A DNA stretch of 64,000 bases from Malacoraja senta. Lineage: Eukaryota. Location of the stretch: positions 1 to 64,000 of the forward strand of contig JAXLNO010000645.1 of the NCBI GenBank assembly GCA_038087875.1, in the 5' to 3' direction. The first letter of the stretch is position 1, and each line of letters begins with the position of its first letter. The notes beneath the pieces are model-generated. The model worked only from the letters and a program-made list of their open reading frames with translations. It ran no database searches and was not told the DNA's origin. Positions 19,363 through 33,500 of this stretch are shown piece after piece. A program made the position numbers and the translations under genes.

Positions 19363-22211
19363 CCATATAACCATATAATCATATAACCATTACTGCACGG
19401 AAACAGGCCATATCGGCCCTTCAAGTCCACCCTATCTATATGAGATTCCACCTTCAGGGAACTATGCACAGTTATTCCTAGATCCCTCTGTTCAACTGCA
19501 TTACTCAATTCTCTACCATTTACCATGTACGTCCTATTTTGTCCTGCCGTGATGTAGTACCTCACATTTATCAGCATTAAACTCCATCTGCCATCTTTCA
19601 GCCCACTCGTCCAAATGGCCTAAATCTCTCTGTAGACTTTGAAAATCGACTTCATTATCCACCACACCACCTATCTTAGTATCATCTGCATACTTACTAA
19701 TCCAATTTTCCACACCATCATCCAGATTATTGATGTACATGACAAACAAAAGTGGACCCAACACAGACCCCTGAGGCACCCCACTAGTCACCGGCCTCCA
19801 ACCTGACAAACAGCCATCCACCATTACTCTCTAGCATCTCCCATTCAGCCACTGTTGAATCCATCTTGCTACTCCACCACTAATTCCCAACAATTGAATC
19901 TTCTTAACCAGCCTTCCATGAGGAACCTTGTCAAAGACCTTACTGAAGTCCATATAGACAATATCCACTGATTTACCCTCATCAATTTCCCTAGTAACCT
20001 CTTCGAAAAATTCTGGAAGATTAGTCAAACATGAAATTCCAGGCACAAATCCATGTTGACTGTTCCTAATCAGACCCTGCTTATCCAGATGCTTATATAT
20101 ATATATTATCTCTAAGTATCCTTTCCATTAATTTGCCCACAACTGACGTCAAACTAACAGGTCTATAATTGCTAGGTTTACTCTTAGAACCCTTTTTAAA
20201 CAACGGAACAACATGCGCAGTACGCCAATCCTCCGGCACTATTCCCGTTTCTAATGACATTTGAAATATTTCTGTCATAGCCCCTGCTATTTCTACACTA
20301 ACTTCCCTCAATGTCCTCGGGAATAGCCTGTCAGGACCTGGAGACTTATCCGTTTTCATATTTTTCAAAAGTGTCCGCACCTCCTCTTCTTTGAATCTCA
20401 TAGTTTCCATTGCTACTCTGCTTGTTTCCCTTACCTCACATAATTCAATATCCTTCTGCTTGGTGAATACCGAAGAAAAGAAATTGTTCAATATCTCCCC
20501 CATCTCTTTTGGCTCTGCAGATAGCTCTCCACTCTGACTCTCTAATGGACCAATTTTATTCCTTGTTATCCTTTTGCTAATAATATAGCTGTAAAAATCC
20601 TTTGGATTTACTTTCACCTTACTTACCAAAGCAACCTCGTATCTTCTTTTAGCTTTTCTAATTTCTTTCTTAATATTCTTTTTACATTCTTTATACTCCT
20701 CAAGCACCTTATTTACTCCATGATGCCTATAATATTGTAGATCTCTCTCTTTTTCCGAACCAAGTGTCCAATTTCCCTTGAAAACCATGGCTCTTTCCAA
20801 TTTTTACTATTTCCTTTCAACCGAACAGGGACATAAAGATTCTGTACTTAAAATGCACCTTTAAATGTCCTCCATTTCTCTTCTACATCCTTCCCATAAA
20901 ACAACATGTCCCAATTCACTCATTTTAAATCCTTTCGCATCTCCTCAAAGTTAGCCTTTCTCCAATCAAAAATCTCAACCCTAGGTCCAGTACTGACTCT
21001 CTGCATAATTATATTGAAACTAATGGTATTGTGATCACTGGCCCCGAAGTGCTCCCCAACGCTTACCTCCGCCACTTGCCCTGTCTCATTTCCTAACAGG
21101 AGGTCCAGCACTGCCCCTTCTCTAGTAGATACCTCTATGTATTGCTGCAAAAACTATCCTGCACACATTTTACACTCCAAACCATCCAGCCCTTTTACAA
21201 AATGTGTTTCCCAGTCTATGTGTGGAAAATTGAAATCTCCCACAATCACTACCTTGTGCTTACTACTAATATCTGCTATCTCCTTACATATTTGCTCTTC
21301 CAATTCTCGCTCCCCATTTGGCGGTCTATAATACACCCCTATAAGTGTTGCTACAACTTTCCTATTTCTCAGCTCCACCCAAACAGCCTCCCTAGACGAG
21401 CCCTCTAATCTATCCTGCCAAAGCACTGCTGTAATATCTTCCTTGACAAGCAATGCAACACCCCCACCTCTTGCCCCTCCAATTCTATCACCCCTGAAGC
21501 AACGAAATCCTGGAAAATTTAGTTTCCAATCACAGCCCTCCTGCAACCATGTTTCACTGATCGCCACAACATCATACTTCCAGGTGTTAATCCAGACTCT
21601 AAGCTCATCCACCTCTCTTACAGTACTCCTAGCATTAAAATATACACATTTAAGAAACCCACCACCACTTATTCTCTGTTTATTATCTTTTTCTTCTTTC
21701 TCCCCTAAATTTTGAGTCCGAGTGCTTACCTTCTCTGCCTCCTGCCTCCCACATTTTCTACTATCTTTCACTATTTGAGTCCCTCCCCCCAACCGTTCTA
21801 GTTGAAAGTCTCCCCAGTAGCCTTTGCAAATCTCCACGCCAGGATATTTTTTCCCCTCGGGTTCAAGTGCAACCAGTCCATTCTGTACAGGTCACACCTT
21901 CCCCAAAAGAGGTCCCAATGATCCAGAAATTTGAATCCCTGCCCGCTGCACCAGTTCCTCAGCCACGCATTTATCCTCCACCTCATTTCATTCCTACTCT
22001 CACTGACACGTGGCACAGGTAGTAGTCCTGAGATTGTTACCTTTGCGGACCTTCTCCTTAACTCTCCTCCCAACTCCCTAAATTCTCCTTTCAGGACCTC
22101 TTCTCTTTTTCTGCCTGTGTCATTGGTACCTATATGTACCACAACCTCAGGCTCCTCTCCCTCCGATTTCAGGATATCTTGGACGCGTTCAGACACTTCC
22201 CTGACCCTGGC
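19363..22211 (-). mobile_element. CR1 LINE copy 1, 5'-truncated in ORF1, with a 614-bp deletion near the 3' end
   Basis: SGNH-esterase ORF1 (VVVHIGTND, LHLN), APE endonuclease (YFNARS, ISETWL, YYRPP, VGDFN) and RT (YMDFSKVFDKV, GVPQGSVLGP, YADD). 8-bp microsatellite tail. Many frameshifts. Confidence 0.95.
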
Positions 22212-24152
22212 ACGTGCTGAATATTCGTCGCTTTTCGTGTGTTGATATTTCATCGCTTTTCATGTCCTGAAATTTCGTCAATTTTGCGGGCTGAATTTTT
22301 GTCGCTTTTCGCGTACTGAATTTTCGTCACTTTTCACTTGCTGAATTATCGTAGCTTTTCATGTCCTGAAGGTTCGTCACTTTTAACGTGCTGAATTTTC
22401 ATCGCATTTCACAGGCTGAATTTGCGTCGCTTTTCACGTGCTGAAATTTCGTCGCCTTTAATCCTGAAATTTCGTCGCCTTTCACGTTCAGAAATTCGTC
22501 GCTTTATTCATCCTGATATTACGTCACTTTTCGCGTGATGAATTTTTGTCGATTTTTGCATGCAGAATTTTTGTCGCTGTTTGTGTGCTTAATTTTCATT
22601 GCTTTTCGCGTCTTGAAGGTTTGTCGCTTTTTGCATGCTGAATTTTCGTCGCTTTTCACGTGCTGAAATTTCGTCGGCTTTCATCTCCTGAAATTTCGTT
22701 GCCTTTCCGTCCTGAAATTTCGTCGCTTAATCATCCTGATATTACGTCGCTTTTCACGTGCTGAATTTTTGTTGTTTTTTGCATGCTTAATTTTCATCGC
22801 TTTTCGCGTCTTGACCGTTTGTCGCTTTTCGAATGCTGAATTTTCGTCGCTTTTCGTGTGTTGAAATATCGCCGCTTTTCACGTTATGAAATTTCGCCAT
22901 ATTTCACATTCTGAAATTTAGTCGCTTTATGCATCCTGATGTTTCGTCACTTGTCGAATGCTGAATTTTCGTCGCTTTTCATGTTCAGAAATTTCGTCAC
23001 TTTTTGCGTGCTGAATTTTCGTCGCTTTTCGTGTGCTGATATTTCATCGCTTTTCACGTCCTGAAATTACGTCATTTTTGGTGGGCTGAATTTTTGTTGC
23101 TTCTCGCCTGCTGAATTTTCGTTACTTTTCACATGCTGAATTTTTGTCACTTTTCACATGCTGAATTATCGTCGCTTTTCGTGTCCTGATGGTTCGTCAC
23201 TTTTAACGTGCTGAATTTTCCTCGCTTTTCACAGGCTTCATTTTCATCGCTTTTCGCATCTTGAAGGTTCATTGCTTTTCTCATGCTGAATTTTCATCGC
23301 TTTTCCTGTGCTGAAATTTAGTCGGATATCATGCCCTGAAATTTCCTCGCCTTTCACGTCCTGAAATTTCGTCGCTTTATTCATCCTGATATTACGTTGC
23401 TTTTCGCGTGCTGAATTTTTTTGCTTTTTGCATGCTAAATTTTCATCGCTTTTCACGTGCTAAATTTTCGTCACTTTTCACGTTCTGAAATTTAGTCACT
23501 TTTCGCATGCGGAATTTCCCTTGCTTTTCGCGTCCTGAAGGTTTTTCGCTTTTCGCGTGCTGAATTTTAGTCACTTTATGCGTACAGAATTTTAGTTGGT
23601 TTTAACGTCCTGAAGGTTCCTCTATTTTTGCGTGCTGAATTTTCGTCGCTTTTCGTATGCTGAATTTTCGTCACTTTTCGTGTGTTGAAATTTCGCTGCT
23701 TTTCACGTTCTGAAATTTCGCCGCTTTTCACGTTATGAAATTTCGTCACTTTATGCGTCCTGATGTTTCGTCGCTTTCCGCATGGTGAATTTTCGTCGCT
23801 TGTTATGTGCTGAAATTTCGGCACTTTTTGTGTGCTGAAATTTCGGCGCTTTTCGTGTGCTGATATTTCGTCGCTTTTCACGTCCTGAAATTTCGTCACT
23901 TTTGGCGTGCTGAATTTTCCTCACTTTTCACGTCCTGAAGGATTGTCGCTTTTCACGTCCTGAAGGATCGTCGCTTTTCACATCCTGAAGGATCGTCGCT
24001 TTTCGCGTGCTGAATTTTCATCACCTTATTCATCCTGATATTACGTCGTTTTCGCGTGCTGAATTTTTGTCGCCTTCTGCACGCTGAATTTTCGTCGCTT
24101 TTATTATGCTAAAATTTCGTCGCTTTTTAAATCCTGAAATTTCATCACTTTT

Positions 24153-27100
24153 CCATATATGATCATATAACCATTACTGCACGGAAACAGGCCATCTCGG
24201 CCCTTCAAGTCCGTGCCGAACTTTTTATTATTTTTTTAATAAATACTTCACCCTAGTCCCATCTACCTGCACTCAGACCATAACCCTCCATTCCTTTCCC
24301 GTCCATATACCCATCCAATCTATTTTTAAAGGATAAAATCGAACCTGCCTCCACCACTTCCACTGGAAGCTCATTCCACACAGCTACCACTCTCTGAGTA
24401 AAGAAGTTCCCCCTAATGTTACCCCTAAACTTCTGTCCCTTAATTCTCAAGTCATGTCCCCTTGTTTGAATCTTCCCTACTCTGAATGGAAAAAGCTTAT
24501 CCACGTCAACTGTGTCTAACCCGCTCATAATTTTAAAGACCTCTATCAAGTCGCCACTTAACCTTCTGCGCTCCAAAGAATAAAGACCTAACTTGTTCAA
24601 CCTTTCTCTGTAACTTAGTTGCTGAAACCCAGTCAACATTCTAGTAAATCTCCTCTGTACTCTCTCTATTTTGTTGACATCCTTCCTATAATTAGGCGAC
24701 AAAAATTGTACTCCATACTACAGAATTGGCCTCACCAATGTCTTGTACAATTTTAACATTACATCCCAACTTCTATATTGAATGCTCTGATTTATAAAGG
24801 CCCGCACACCAAAAGCTTTCTTTACCACCCTATCTACATGAGATTCCACCTTCAGGGTACTATGCACAGTTATTCCTAGATCCCTCTGTTGAACTGCATT
24901 CCTCAATTCTCTACCATTTACCATGTACGTCCTATTTTGATTTGTCCTGCCGAGATGTAGTACCTCACATTTATTAGCATTAAATTCCATCTGCCATCTT
25001 TCAGCCCACTCTTCCAATTGGCCTAAATCTCTCTGTAGACTTTGAAAATCTACTTCATTATCCACCACACCACCTATCTTAGTATCATCTGCATACTTAC
25101 TAATCCAATTTTCCACACCATCATCCAGATCATTGATGTACATGACAAACAACAGTGGACCCAACACAGAGCCCTGAGGCACCCCACTAGTCACCGGCCT
25201 CCAACCTGACAAACAGCCATCCACCATTACTCTCTGGCATCTCCATTCAGCCACTGTTGAATCCATCTTGCTACTCCACCATAAATACCCAACAATTGAA
25301 TCTTCTTAACCAACCTTCCACGAGGAACCTTGTCAAAGACCTTACTGAAGTCCATATAGACAAAATGCACTGCTTTACCCTCATCAAATTCCCTAGTAAC
25401 CTCTTCGAAAAATTCTAGAAGATTAGTCAAACATGAAATTCCAGGCACAAATCCATGTTGACTGTTCCTAATCAGACTCTGCTTATCCAGATGCTTATAT
25501 ATATATTATCTCTAAGTATCCTTTCTATTAATGTGCCCACAACTGACGTCAAATTGCTAGGTTTACTCTTAGAACCCTTTTTAAACAACGGAACAACATG
25601 CGCAGTACGCCAATCCTCCGGCACTATTCCCGTTTCTAATGACATTTGAAATATTTCTGTCATAGCCCCTGCTATTTCTACACTAACTTCCCTCAATGTC
25701 CTCGGGAATAGCCTGTCAGGACCTGGAGACTTATCCGTTTTCATATTTTTCAAAAGTGTCCGCACCTCCTCTTCTTTGAATCTCATAGTTTCCATTGCTA
25801 CTCTGCTTGTTTCCCTTACCTCACATAATTCAATATCCTTCTGCTTGGTGAATACCGAAGAAAAGAAATTGTTCAATATCTCCCCCATCTCTTTTGGCTC
25901 TGCAGATAGCTGCCCACTCTTACTCTCTAATGGATCAATTTTATTCCTTGTTATCCTTTTGCTAATAATATAGCTGTAGAAACCCTTTGGATTTACTTTC
26001 ACCTTACCTGCCAAAGCAACCTCATATCTTCTTTTAGCTTTTCTAATTTCTTTCTTAATATTCTTTTTACATTCTTTATACCCCTCAAGCACCTCATTTA
26101 CTCCATGCTGCCTATAATATTGTAGATCTCTCTCTTTTTCCGAACCAAGTGTCCAATTTCCCTTGAAAACCATGGCTCCTTCCAATTTTTACTATTTCCT
26201 TTCAACCGAACAGGGACATAAAGATTCTGTACTTAAAATTTCACCTTTAAATGTCCTCCATTTCTCTTCTACATCCTTCCCATAAAACAACATGTCCCAA
26301 TTCACTCCTTTTAAGTACATTCGCATCTCCTCTAAGTTAGCCTTTCTCCAATCAAAAATCTCAACCCTAGGTCCAGTTCGGACTCTCACCATAATTATAT
26401 TGAAACTAATGGTATTGTGATCACTGGACCCGAAGTGCTCCCCAACGCTTACCTCCGCCACCTGCCCTGTCTCATTTCCTAACAGGAGGTCCAGCACTGC
26501 CCCTTCTCTAGTAGGTACCTCTAGGTATTGCTGCAAAAATTATCCTGCACACATTTTACAAACTCCAAACCATCCAGCCCTTTTACAAAATGTGTTTCCC
26601 AGTCTATGTGTGGAAAATTGAAATCTCCCACAATCACTACCTTGTGCTTACTACTAATATCTGCTATCTCCTTACATATTTGCTCTTCCAATTCTCGCTC
26701 CGCATTTGGCGGTCTATAATACACCCCTATAAGTGTTGCTACACCTTTCCCAATTCTCAGCTCCACCCAAATAGCCTCCCTAGACGAGCCCTCTAATCTA
26801 TCCTGCCAAAGCACAGCTGTAATATCTTCCATGACAAGCAATGCAACACCCCCACCTCTTGCCCCTCCAATTCTATGACCCCTGAAGCAACGAAATCCTG
26901 GAAAATTTAGTTTCCAATCACAGCCCTCCTGCAACCATGTTTCACTGATCGCCAAAACATCATACTTCCAGGTGTCAATCCAGACTCCAAGCTCATCCAC
27001 CTTTCTTACAATGCTCCTAGCATTAAAATATACACATTTAAGAAACCCACCACCACTTATTCTCTGTTTATTATCTTTTTCTTCTTTCTCCCCTACATTT

Positions 27101-27598
27101 TGGGTCCGAGTGCTTCCCTTCTCTGCCTCCTGCCTCCCACATTTTCTACTATCTTTCTCTATTTGAGTCCCTCCTCCCAACCGTTCTAGTTTAAAGTCTC
27201 CCCAGTAGCCTTTGCAAATCTCCCCGCCAGGATATATTTCCCCTCGGGTTCAAGTGCAACCCGTCCTTTCTGTACAGGTCACACCTTCCCCAAAAGAGGT
27301 CCCAATGATCCAGAAATTTGAATTCCTGCCCGCTGCACCAGTTCCTCAGCCACGCATTTATCCTCCACCTCATTTCACTCCTACTCTCACTGACACGTGG
27401 CACAGGTAGTAGTCCTGAGATTGTTACCTTTGCGGACCTTCTCCTTAACTCTCCTCCCAACTCCCTAAATTCTCCTTTCAGGACCTCTTCTCTTTTTCTG
27501 CCTATGTCATTGGTACCTATATGTACCACAACCTCAGGACCCTCTCCCTCGGATTTCAGGATACCTTGGACGCATTCAGACACATCCCTGACCCTGGC
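24153..27598 (-). mobile_element. CR1 LINE copy 2, same 5' truncation point, complete 3' end
   Basis: Same domains plus the C-terminal IERVQRRFTRM, LYSLERRRL, NFFTQRVVAVWNELP, a 3' UTR and the tail. Frameshifted. Confidence 0.96.
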
Positions 27599-30500
27599 AC
27601 GTGCTGAATTTTCGTCACTTTTTGTGTGTTGATATTTCATCGCTTTTCATGTCCTGAAATTTCGTCAATTTTGCGGGCTGAACTTTTGTCGCTTTTCGCG
27701 TATTGAATTGTCGTCACTTTTCACGTGCTGAATTATCGTAGCTTTTCGTGTCCTGAAGGTTCGTCACTTTTAACGTGCTGAATTTTCATCGCATTTCACA
27801 GGTTGAATTTGCGTCACTTTTCGCGTGCTGAAATTTTGTCGCCTTTAATCCTGAAATTTCGTCGCCTTTCACGTTCAGAAATTTCGTCGTTTTATTCATC
27901 CTGATATTACGTCGCTTTTCACGTGCTGAATTTTTGTCGATTTTTGCATGCAGAATTTTTGTCGCTGTTTGTGTGCTTAATTTTCATCGCTTTTCGCGTC
28001 TTGAAGGTTTGTCGCTTTTTGCATGCTGAATTTTCGTCGCTTTTCACGTGCTGAAATTTCGTCGGCTTTCATCTCCTGAAATTTCGTCGCCTTTCACGTC
28101 CTTAAATATCGTCGCTTTATTCGTCCTGATATTACATCGCTTTTCACGTGCTGAATTTTTGTTGATTTTTGCATGCTTAATTTTCATCGCTTTTCGCATC
28201 TTGAACGTTTGTCGCTTTTCGAATGCTGAATTTTCATCGCTTTTCATGTGTTGAAATATCGCCGTTTTTCACGTTATGAAATTTCGCCGCTTTTCACGTT
28301 CTGAAATTTAGTCGCTTTATGCATCCTGACGTTTCGTCACTTTTCGAATGCTTAATTTTCGTCACTTTTTGTGTGGTGAAATTTCGGCACATTTCGTGCG
28401 TTGAAATTTCATTGCTTTACATGTTCTGAAATTTCCTCGCTTTTGGCTTGCTGAATTTTCGTCACTTTTCACATCCTGAAGGATCGTCGCTTTTCGCGTC
28501 CTGAAGGATCGTCGCTTTTCGCGTGCTGAATTTTCGTCGCCTTATTCGTCCGGATATTATGTCGCTTTTCGCATGCTGAATTTTTGTCGCTTTTTGCATG
28601 CTGAATTTTCGTCGCTTTTCGCATGCTTAATTTTCGTCGCTTTTCTCGTGCTAAATTTTCGTCGCTTTTAACGTTCTCAAATTTACTCACTTTGCGTGCG
28701 GAATTTCTGTCGCTTTTCGCCTCCTGAAGGTTGGTCGCTTTACGCGTGCTGAATTTTTGTCACTTTACACGTGCTGAATTTTCATTGATTTTAACATCCT
28801 GAAGGTTCCTCTCTATTCGGTTGCTGAATTTTCGTCGCTTTCCGCATGCTGAATTTCCGTCGCTTTTCCTGTGCTGAAATTTCGCCGCTTTTCAGGTTCT
28901 AAAATATCGTCGCTTTATGAGTCCTGATGTTTTATCGCTTTATTCGTCCTGTAGTTTCGTCACTTTTTGCATGCTGATTTTTTCGTCGCTTTTTGTGTGC
29001 TGAAATTTCGGCGCTTTTCGTGTGCTGATATTTTGGCACTTTTCACGTCCTTAAATTTCGTCACTTTTATCGTGCTGAATTTTCGTCGCTTTTCACGTCC
29101 TGGATTGTCGCTTTTCTTGTGCTGAAATTTTGTCACTTTTCACATGGTGAATTTCCGTCACTTTTAGTATGCTGAAATTTCGTCGTTTTTTACGTCCTGA
29201 AATTTCTTCACTTTTCGCGTGCTGAATTTTCGTCCCTTTTTGCGTGCTTAATTTTCGTCGCTTTTCATTTCCTGAAATTTCGCCTCTTTTTGTGTGCTGA
29301 ATTTTCGTCGCTTTTCATGTGCTGATATTTCATCGCTTTTCACGTCCTGAAATTTCGTCACTTTTGGTGTGCTGAATTTTTGTCGCTTTTCGCGTGCTGA
29401 ATTTTCGTCACCTTTCACGTGCTGAATTATCATCGCTTTTTGTGTCCTGAAGGTTCGTCACTTTTAACTTGCTGAATTTTCATCGCATTTCACAGGCTGA
29501 ATTTTCGTCGCTTTTCGCGTGCAGAAATTTCGTCGCCTTTCATGTCCTAAAATTTCGTCGCCTTTCACGTCCTGAAATTTCGTCGCTTTATTCGTCCTGA
29601 TATTACTTTGCTTTTTGTGTGCTGAATTTTCGTTGCTTTTTGCATGCTTCCTTTTCATCGCTTTTCGCGTCCTGAAGGTTCCTCTTTTTTCGTGTGCTGA
29701 ATTTTCGTCGCTTTTCACATGCTGAATTTTCGTCGCTTTTCGCATGCTGAATTTTCATCGCTTTATGCGTCCTGATGTTTCACTTTTCACGATCTGAAAT
29801 GTTGTCGCTTTAAGCGACCTGAGGTTTTGTCGCTTTACACAGCCTGAATTTACGTTGCTTTTCATGTGCTGAATTTTTGTCGCATTACGAGTGCTGAATT
29901 TTTGTTGCTTTTTGCATGCTGAATTTTCGTCACTTTTCCCGTCAAGCATTTTCATCACTTTTCGCGTCCTGTAATTTCATCACTTTTCGCATGCTGAATT
30001 TTTGTCGATTTTCGCCTGCTGAAATTTCGGCGCATTTCTTGTGCTGATATTTCGTCGCTTTTCACGTCCTGAAATTTCGTCACTTTTGGCGTGCTGAATT
30101 TTTGTCGCTTTTCAAGTCCTGAAGGATCGTCGCTTTTCGCGTGCTGAATTTCGTCGCTTTTCACATGGTGAATTTCAGTCGCTTTTAGTATGCTGAAATT
30201 TCGTTGATTTTCACGCCCTAAAATTTCATCACTTTTAGCGCGCTGAATTTTCGTCGTTTTTCGTGTGCTAATATTTCGTCGCTTTTCACGTCCTGAAATT
30301 TTGTCACATTTGGCGTGCTGAATTTTTGTTGCTTTTCAAGTCCTGAAGGATCGTTGCTTTTCGCGTGCTGAAATTTCTTCGCTTTTCGCATGGTGAATTT
30401 TCGTCGCTTTTAGTATGCTGAAATTTCGTCGCTTTTTACGTCCTGAAATGTCATCACTTTTCGCGTGCTGAATTTTCATCGCTTTCCGCGTTCTTAATTT

Positions 30501-33500
30501 TCGTCGCTTTTCATGTTCTGAAATTTCGTCACTTTTTGCGTGCTGAATATTCGTCGCTTTTTGCGTGCTGAAATTTCATCACTTTTCACGATCTGAAATG
30601 TTGTCGCTTTATGCGACCTGAGGTTTTGTCGCGTTACACGTCCTGAATTTACGTTGCTTTTCATGTGCTGAATTTTCGTCGCGTTACGAGTGCTGAATTT
30701 TTGTTGCTTTTTGCATGCAGAATTTTCGTCGCTTTTCCCATGAGCATTTTCATCACTTTTCTCATCCTGAAGGTTCGTCGCTTTGCGCATGCTGAATTTT
30801 TGTCGATTTTCGCATGCTGAATTTTCATCACTTTTCATGTACTCAAATTTTGTCGCTTTTCACGTGCTGAGATTTCCGTCGCTTTATGTGTCCTGATGTT
30901 CTGGTGCTTTTCATGTGCTGGATTTATGTCACTTTCCATGTGCTGACTTTTCATCGCTTTTCGCGTGCTGAATTTTTGTCACTTTCGCGTGTGAATTTTC
31001 GTCGCTTTTCATGCGCTGAATTATCGTCGCTTTTCATGTTCTAATATTTCATCTCTTTTCATCACTTTTCTTGTCCTGAAGGTACGTCGCTTTTCGCATG
31101 CTGAATTTTCCTCGCTTTCCGCGTGCTGAATTTTTGTCACTCGCATGCTGAATTTTTCTCGCTTTTCGCGAGCTGAAATTTCGTCACTTTTCATGTTCTC
31201 AAATTTCATCTCTTTTCGCATGTTGAATTTTCGTCGCTTCTCGCATCCTGAAGGTTCGTCGTTTTTCACCTGCTGAATTTTTGTCAGTTTTCACATGGTG
31301 AATTTTTGTTCGGTTTTCACGTCCTGAAGGTGTGTCGCTTTTCGCCTGCTGAATTTTTGTCGCTTTTCATGTGCTGAATACTTGTAGCTTTTCGTATGCT
31401 GGATTTCCGTACAATTCCACGTGCTTCATTTTCGTCACTTTTCGCGCGCTGAATTTTCGTCGCTTTTCACATTCTCAAATTTCATCACTTTTCTCGTGCT
31501 GAATTTTCGTTGCTTTTTACGTCATGAAAGTTTGTCGCCTTTAGTGTCCTGATGTTTCATCGCTCTTCGCATCCTGAAATTACGTCACTTTTCGTGTGCT
31601 GAATTTTCGTCGCTTTTCGCGTGATGAATTTCGTCATTTTCGCCTGCTTAATTTTCTTCGCTTTTCAAATCCTGAATGTTTGTCACTTTTCACCTGCTGA
31701 ATTTTCAGCGCTTTTTGCAGGCGGCATTTTCGTCGCTTTTCACGTGCTGAATTTTCATCACTTTTCTTGTCCTGAAGGTACGTCGCTTTTCGCATGCTGA
31801 ATTTTCATCACTTTTCATGTTCTCAAATTTCATCTCTTTTCGCATGTTGAATTTTCGTCGCTTTTCGCATCCTGAAGGTTCGTCGTTTTTCACCTGCTGA
31901 ATTTTTGTCAGTTTTCACGTGCTGAATTTTTGTTCGCTTTTCACGTCCTGAAGGTGTGTCACTTTTCGCCTGCTGAATTTTTGTCGCTTTACACGTGCTG
32001 AATTTTTGTAGCTTTTCGTATGCTGGATTTCCGTACAATTCCACGTGCTTCATTTTCGTCACATTTCGCGTACTTCATTTTCATCGCTTTTAGCAAGTGG
32101 AATTTTCGTCACTTTTCACGTGCTGAAATTTTGTAGCTTTTCGCATGCTGAATTTTCATCACTTTTTGTGTGCTGAGTTTTCGTCACCTTTCGCTTCCTG
32201 AAGGTTTGTCACTTTTCACGTGCTGAAAATTAGTCGCTTTATGCGTCCTGATGTTTCGTCACTTTCGCGTCGTGAATTTCCGTCACTTTTTTCGTGCTTC
32301 AATTTCATCACTTTTCGCATCCTGAACTTTTGTCGCTTTTCGCATGCAGAATTTTCGTCGCTTTTCGCATTCTCAAATTTCATCACTTTTCGCATACTGA
32401 ATTTTCGTCGCTTTTTGCAGGCAGAATTTTTGTAGCTTTTCATGTGCTGAAGTTTTGTCGCATTTCTCGTGCAGAGATTTTTGTTGCTTTGTGTCCTTAT
32501 GTTTTGTTGCTTTTCGCCTGCTGGATTTATGTCACTTTTCGTGTGCTGAATTTTTATCACTTTTCGCATGCTGAATTTTCGTCGCTTTTCGCGCGCTGAA
32601 TTTTCGTCGCTTTTCGCGCGCTGAATTTTCGTCGCTTTTCATGTTCTCAAATTTCATCACTTTTCGTGTGCTGAATTTTCATCGCCTTTCGCGTGCCTCA
32701 TTTTCATTGCTTTTCGCGTCCCGAATGGTCGTCGCTTTTCGCATGCTGAATTTTCGTCGCTTTTCACATGCTGAATTTTCGTTGCTTTTCGCGTGCTGAA
32801 TTTCGTCATTTTCGCGTGCTTAATTTTCTTCGCTTTTCACATCCTGAAGGTTTGTCACTTTTCGCCTGCTGAAATTTCAGCGCTTTTTGCAGGCGGCATT
32901 TTCGTTGCTTTTCACGTGCTGAATTTTTCATCACTTTTCTTGTCCTGAAGTCACGTCGCTATTCGCATGCTGAATTTTCCTCGCTTTTCGCGTGCTGAAT
33001 TTTTGTCACTCGCATGCTGAATTTTTGTCGCTTTTCGCGAGCTGAATTTTCGTCGCTTTTCATGTTCTCAAATTTCATCTTTCGCATGTTGAATTTTCGT
33101 CGCTTTTCGCATCCTGAAGGTTCGTCGTTTTTCACCTGCTGAATTTTGGTCAGTTTTCACGTGCTGATTTTTGTTCGTTTTTCACGTCCTGAAGGTGTGT
33201 TGCTTTTCGCGTGCTGAATTTTTGTAGCTTTTCGCATGCTAAATTTTCATCACTTTTCGCGTGCTGAATTTTCGTCACATTTTGTGTGCTGAGTTTTCGT
33301 CACTTTTCGCTTCCTGAAGGTTGGTCACTTTTCACGTGTTGAAAATTAGTCGCTTTATGCGTCCTGATGTTTCGTCACTTTTCGCGTCGTGAATTTTCGT
33401 CCCTTTATGCGTGCTTCAATTTCATCACTTTTCGCATCCTGAATTTTTTTCGCTTTTCGCATGCAGAATTTTCGTCGCTTTTCGCATTCTCAAATTTGAT

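Noticed and set aside
27599..27640. Apparent ATG start for CR1 ORF1 (MKYQHTKSDE)
   Set aside because: This is read-through from flanking satellite across the 5' truncation point, not an element start.
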